A stretch of 64,000 nt of DNA from Neoechinorhynchus agilis. Lineage: Eukaryota; Animalia; Acanthocephala. Shown here one piece after another: positions 59,068 through 64,000 of the stretch. How positions within the stretch are numbered: the first letter of the stretch is position 1; each line of letters begins with the position of its first letter. The notes under the pieces are model-generated. The model saw nothing but the letters and a program-made list of their open reading frames with translations. It was not told the origin of the DNA and did not search any database. The stretch is taken from positions 5,517,489 to 5,581,488 of the forward strand of contig CM121342.1 of the NCBI GenBank assembly GCA_051530055.1, read 5' to 3'. The translations under genes and the position numbers were made by a program.

Positions 59068-61908
59068 TATTTTATCCACTGGATTCTGATCACCATGATT
59101 CAATGAACAAAATATTGGTCAAAAGTGCAATGCGCCAATTCCTTTAAAACGATTAAAAATCTCAAAAAAATAGACCAGTTCAAATCTTCATCGATCAAAA
59201 GTGGATTCTAGACGTGAATCGAAAGATCCATAATAATATTTATCCACTGGATTCTGATCACCATGATTCAATGAACAAAATATTGGTCAAAAGTGCAATG
59301 AGTCAATTCCTTTAAAAGGATTAAAAATCTCAAAAAAAATAGACCAGTTCAAATCTTCATTAATCAAAAGTGAATTCTGATGTGAATCGAAAAATCCATA
59401 ATATTATTTATCCACTGGATTCTGATCACCATGATTCAATGAACAAAATATTGGTCAAAAGTGCAATGCGCCAATTCCTTTAAAACGATTAAAAATCTCA
59501 AAAAAATAGACCAGTTCAAATCTTCATCGATCAAAAGTGAATTCTAGACGTGAATCGAAAAATCCATAATAATATTTATCCACTGGATTCTGATCACCAT
59601 GATTCAATGAACAAAATATTGGTCAAAAGTGCAATGAGTCAATTCCTTTAAAAGGATTAAAAATCTCAAAAAAATAGACCAGTTCAAATCTTCATTAATC
59701 AAAAGTGAATTCTGATGTGAATCGAAAAATCCATAATAATATTTATCCACTGGATTCTGATCACCATGATTCAATGAACAAAATATTGGTCAAAAGTGCA
59801 ATGCGCCAATTCCTTTAAAAGGATTAAAAATCTCAAAAAAATAGACCAGTTCAAATCTTCATCGATCAAAAGTGAATTCTAGATGTGAATCGAAAAATCC
59901 ATAATAATATTTATCCACTGGATTCTGATCACCATGATTCAATGAACAAAATATTGGTCAAAAGTGCAATGCGCCAATTCCTTTAAAACGATTAAAAATC
60001 TCAAAAAAATAGACCAGTTCAAATCTTCATTAATCAAAAGTGAATTCTAGATGTGAATCGAAAAATCCATAATAATATTTATCCACTGGATTCTGATCAC
60101 CATGATTCAATGAACAAAATATTGGTCAAAAGTGCAATGCGCCAATTCCTTTAAAAGGATTAAAAATCTCAAAAAAATAGACCAGTTCAAATCTTCATTA
60201 ATCAAAAGTGAATTCTAGATGTGAATCGAAAAATCCATAATAATATTTATCCACTGGATTCTGATCACCATGATTCAATGAACAAAATATTGGTCAAAAG
60301 TGCAATGCGCCAATTCCTTTAAAAGGATTAAAAATCTCAAAAAAATAGACCAGTTCAAATCTTCATCGATCAAAAGTGAATTCTAGATGTGAATCGAAAA
60401 ATCCATAATAATATTTATCCACTGGATTCTGATCACCATGATTCAATGAACAAAATATTGGTCAAAAGTGCAATGCGCCAATTCCTTTAAAAGGATTAAA
60501 AATCTCAAAAAAATAGACCAGTTCAAATCTTCATTAATCAAAAGTGAATTCTAGATGTGAATCGAAAAATCCATAATAATATTTATCCACTGGATTCTGA
60601 TCACCATGATTCAATGAACAAAATATTGGTCAAAAGTGCAATGCGCCAATTCCTTTAAAACGATTAAAAATCTCAAAAAAATAGACCAGTTCAAATCTTC
60701 ATCGATCCAAAGTGAATTCTAGATGTGAATCGAAAAATCCATAATAATATTTATCCACTGGATTCTGATCACCATGATTCAATGAACAAAATATTGGTCA
60801 AAAGTGCAATGCGCCAATTCCTTTAAAAGGATTAAAAATCTCAAAAAAATAGACCAGTTCAAATCTTCATTAATCAAAAGTGAATTCTGATGTGAATCGA
60901 AAAATCCATAATATTATTTATCCACTGGATTCTGATCACCATGATTCAATGAACAAAATATTGGTCAAAAGTGCAATGCGCCAATTCCTTTAAAAGGATT
61001 AAAAATCTCAAAAAAATAGACCAGTTCAAATCTTCATTAATCAAAAGTGAATTCTAGATGTGAATCGAAAAATCCATAATATATTTATCCACTGGATTCT
61101 GATCACCATGATTCAATGAACAAAATATTGGTCAAAAGTGCAATGCGCCAATTCCTTTAAAAGGATTAAAAATCTCAAAAAAATAGACCAGTTCAAATCT
61201 TCATCGATCAAAAGTGAATTCTAGATGTGAATCGAAAAATCCATAATAATATTTATCCACTGGATTCTGATCACCATGATTCAATGAACAAAATATTGGT
61301 CAAAAGTGCAATGCGCCAATTCCTTTAAAAGGATTAAAAATCTAAAAAATAGACCAGTTCAAATCTTCATTAATCAAAAGTGGATTCTAGATGTGAATCG
61401 AAAAATCCATAATATTATTTATCCACTGGATTCTGATCACCATGATTCAATGAACAAAATATTGGTCAAAAGTGCAATGCGCCAATTCCTTTAAAACGAT
61501 TAAAAATCTCAAAAAAATAGACCAGTTCAAATCTTCATCGATCAAAAGTGAATTCTAGATGTGAATCGAAAAATCCATAATATTATTTATCCACTGGATT
61601 CTGATCACCATGATTCAATGAACAAAATATTGGTCAAAAGTGCAATGAGTCAATTCCTTTAAAAGGATTAAAAATCTCAAAAAAAAAGACCAGTTCAAAT
61701 CTTCATCGATCAAAAGTGAATTCTAGATGTGAATCGAAAAATCCATAATAATATTTATCCACTGGATTCTGATCACCATGATTCAATGAAAAAAATATTG
61801 GTCAAAAGTGCAATGCGCCAATTCCTTTAAAACGATTAAAAATCTCAAAAAAAAAGACCAGTTCAAATCTTCATCGATCAAAAGTGGATTCTAGATGTGA
61901 ATCGAAAA
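59068..61908. repeat. 168-bp satellite, about 17 head-to-tail copies
   Basis: CCACTGGATTCTG at 59076, 59244, 59412, 59580, 59747, 59915 and onward; stop codons in all three plus-strand frames. Confidence 0.98.
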
Positions 61909-62049
61909 CTGCCGTCCATTAAATCTCCGATTCGGCATAGGGTTTTGCGCCTTACATAACCTTCTAAAATGAGCACATACTCTTAGACCGTCTCGAGTGC
62001 GAGTTCAGTGATATGTAAAGGCATAGAGATGAACGAATGCTGAGAAACA

Positions 62050-62600
62050 ATGCTGAAATTCGCAACATTTGTTAGAACCAAGAGTGGTACGCTCACTAAA
62101 TTGACCTCAAGGAAGCGTATCCAGTCACAAGTGTCCAGGAATCATAAAGCCGAAACCGTAATATTGTGCAGAATTTCACAAAGATGTCTCGGTACGTTCA
62201 TTAGCGGAAAAATGCCCGCTTCATTTAATAAAAATGCAGCTATATCCGCAGACAATATTGGAGATGGCCAAATGATGGGGAAAATGAACGATGTGGCACA
62301 AAAAGCGATCCATTACCATCCCAACGCATTGTTTGTGAGTCTTTGTGGAAAACTGGAGACTAATTTTGAGGTTTTTGTGATTTACACTTCCTTCAAAACG
62401 TCTCGTCTCTGACATAATTCTCAGGAAACGATTTCTAAACAATGGAGCCCATCAACAGCTCCCCCGCTTTTGGAGACGCACGAATTAACCGTAGCGATTT
62501 GTACGATAATTTGGTTGCCAAAGGTGGGGCACGATAATTTGCAATGGAGATTAAATGTGCTGTCATTGTACATTAATCAATCGATGTTCATGACAGACTG
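62050..62600 (+). pseudogene. Degenerate hAT-like transposase fragment
   Basis: DGQMMGKMNDVAQKAIHYHPNALFVSLC resembles hAT DGAS.MSG..NGV...I....P.A.YVHC; the CxxH is lost and stops follow. Confidence 0.35.
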
Positions 62601-62693
62601 ATCATTTAAAGAAGTCATTAGTCGACTTTATGATCGACCTCATTAGATCGGGCGAGATTTCTCTCTCTTACTTTTCTCAAGGTTAAGTGATTG

Positions 62694-62829
62694 GAATTAT
62701 CGTGTTTAGAAGTCTTCACTCGCATGATTTTTTCGATTAACCTCATTGGCGGTATTGCCGGTGAGGTTCGCAGAACGTCTTTTTAATCGAAAAAATCATG
62801 CGAGTGAAGACTTCTAAACACGATAATTC
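62694..62829. repeat. Perfect 47-bp inverted repeat (MITE-like), with a partial relative at about 63110-63195
   Basis: 62694-62740 is the exact reverse complement of 62783-62829. Confidence 0.9.
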
Positions 62830-64000
62830 TCTAATCATTTTCCCCGGAGAGTAAGGCTTCATTTTTTGAAACGAAAATATATACCAAAAACTGGAAATGC
62901 GTTACTGTTGTTAGAAACAAACCGAAAAAGGGTTAAATCATTGCCCACTTTTTTTTCTAACTGTAAACTATTGACAGTTTAGTCTCCAAGTTGAATTAGT
63001 CCAAGGAATGCAGATAGACTGCCTCAGACATATTAATTAACCTATGTGTTTTGTTTCTTGTTAGTTTCAACTTTCTCCTTCAACAAATAAGCGATCATAA
63101 TGAGTAGAATTATTATTGAATTTAGAAGTCTTCAAGCGCGGTAAATGATTATTTCGATTAAAAAGACGTTCTGCTAACCTCATTGGCGGTTCATCATCAC
63201 CAGTTTGTTAGTAAGCGAGACCTAAACAATAATTCTAATCGCATTCCCCGGTACCTTACATATCGACATTATGATCTCATTTAAATCATAAATCCCTCAA
63301 TTCAAAGTAGTCGCGGAAGCTGCCTGAAATAAACTTTAACGTATTTCATTTAATATTTTCTCAGAAGTTTTTGCGGAAAAGTACAAAAAAAGTCCCGGTT
63401 ATTTTCACCTTCTTCAATATAACTTCTATATACGGCAACCAGATTAAATGACTGGCTCGATACGGATCAATGTTCCGAATTTATAATATGTGATACGCGA
63501 TCTTCGAAACTTATTTTGTTTCTGGTAAAGATTCTGGTTACCTTTATCGGATCATTGAGGTTGGTATGACATTCGATAGATCAACCAGTTTTTTTCCATA
63601 ATGTGTCCGTTATTAGAAACCCTTCGGATAAACTAAAGGAGAATCAACGTGAGCTCATGAGATTAATTGAACAGAATCCGGATCCTAATGCCGGAGAAGA
63701 TTGTTTTACACCCTCTCAAAATAGGTTGGTCGACTAATGATATTTGTGTTTTTTAATGATTATAAAATAGAGACCTTTTTTATCGAGTTCTCAATATTTC
63801 GTCCGTCTCGTTGGACTTCTTTAGGTTGTAAAATCTAAAAAAATAAGACAGACGAAATATTGACAAAGTCGCATCACATTCATTATCTGGACTTCCGATT
63901 TTTGGTAACCGGAAACTTTTTGCTCTACATTTTTTTTAACAAAGCGTTCATCATTCGATAAATCGCAGTAATAAAGTGGATGCCTTGACCAAATTCTCTG

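Noticed and set aside
59068-61908. Regular repeat array as CRISPR
   Set aside because: Monomers are contiguous with no unique spacers, no cas genes, and the context is eukaryotic.

Overview
AT-rich, gene-dense window from a compact animal (bilaterian) genome; an engrailed homeobox gene is present and most introns I could reconstruct are about 40-55 nt GT-AG. About 20 protein-coding genes were reconstructed by eye. Confident or likely calls: ZSWIM7-like, PI-PLC, two J-domain proteins, GINS2/Psf2, UBR3, engrailed, MTA, U2AF35, SRSF2, YIPF5, BCAP31, DcpS, COQ4, a shortened myosin V, an SLC22 transporter, alpha-tubulin, MRPS15 and a Ly6/quiver-like protein, plus a few unknown ORFs. Intergenic DNA holds short tandem arrays of about 216-249 bp units, a 168-bp satellite (about 17 copies), hairpin/MITE-like elements, and fragments of CRE-like and L2/CR1-like retrotransposons. 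The main hunt result is a 3' splice-acceptor-like motif (mostly TTTCAG or TTTTAG) 0-28 nt upstream of the start codon of most genes, together with a tightly packed same-strand three-gene cluster. This points to spliced-leader trans-splicing and operons, an inference that needs RNA data. Other results: a nested mariner-type/CRE insertion in the SLC22 coding region, a myosin V with about one IQ motif and no coiled coil, a His/Asp-then-Thr repeat ORF, and a J-domain intron lacking a usable GT donor. No rRNA, tRNA or CRISPR array was found. Gene models and family calls come from manual translation and remembered motifs, not database searches; the organism was not identified.
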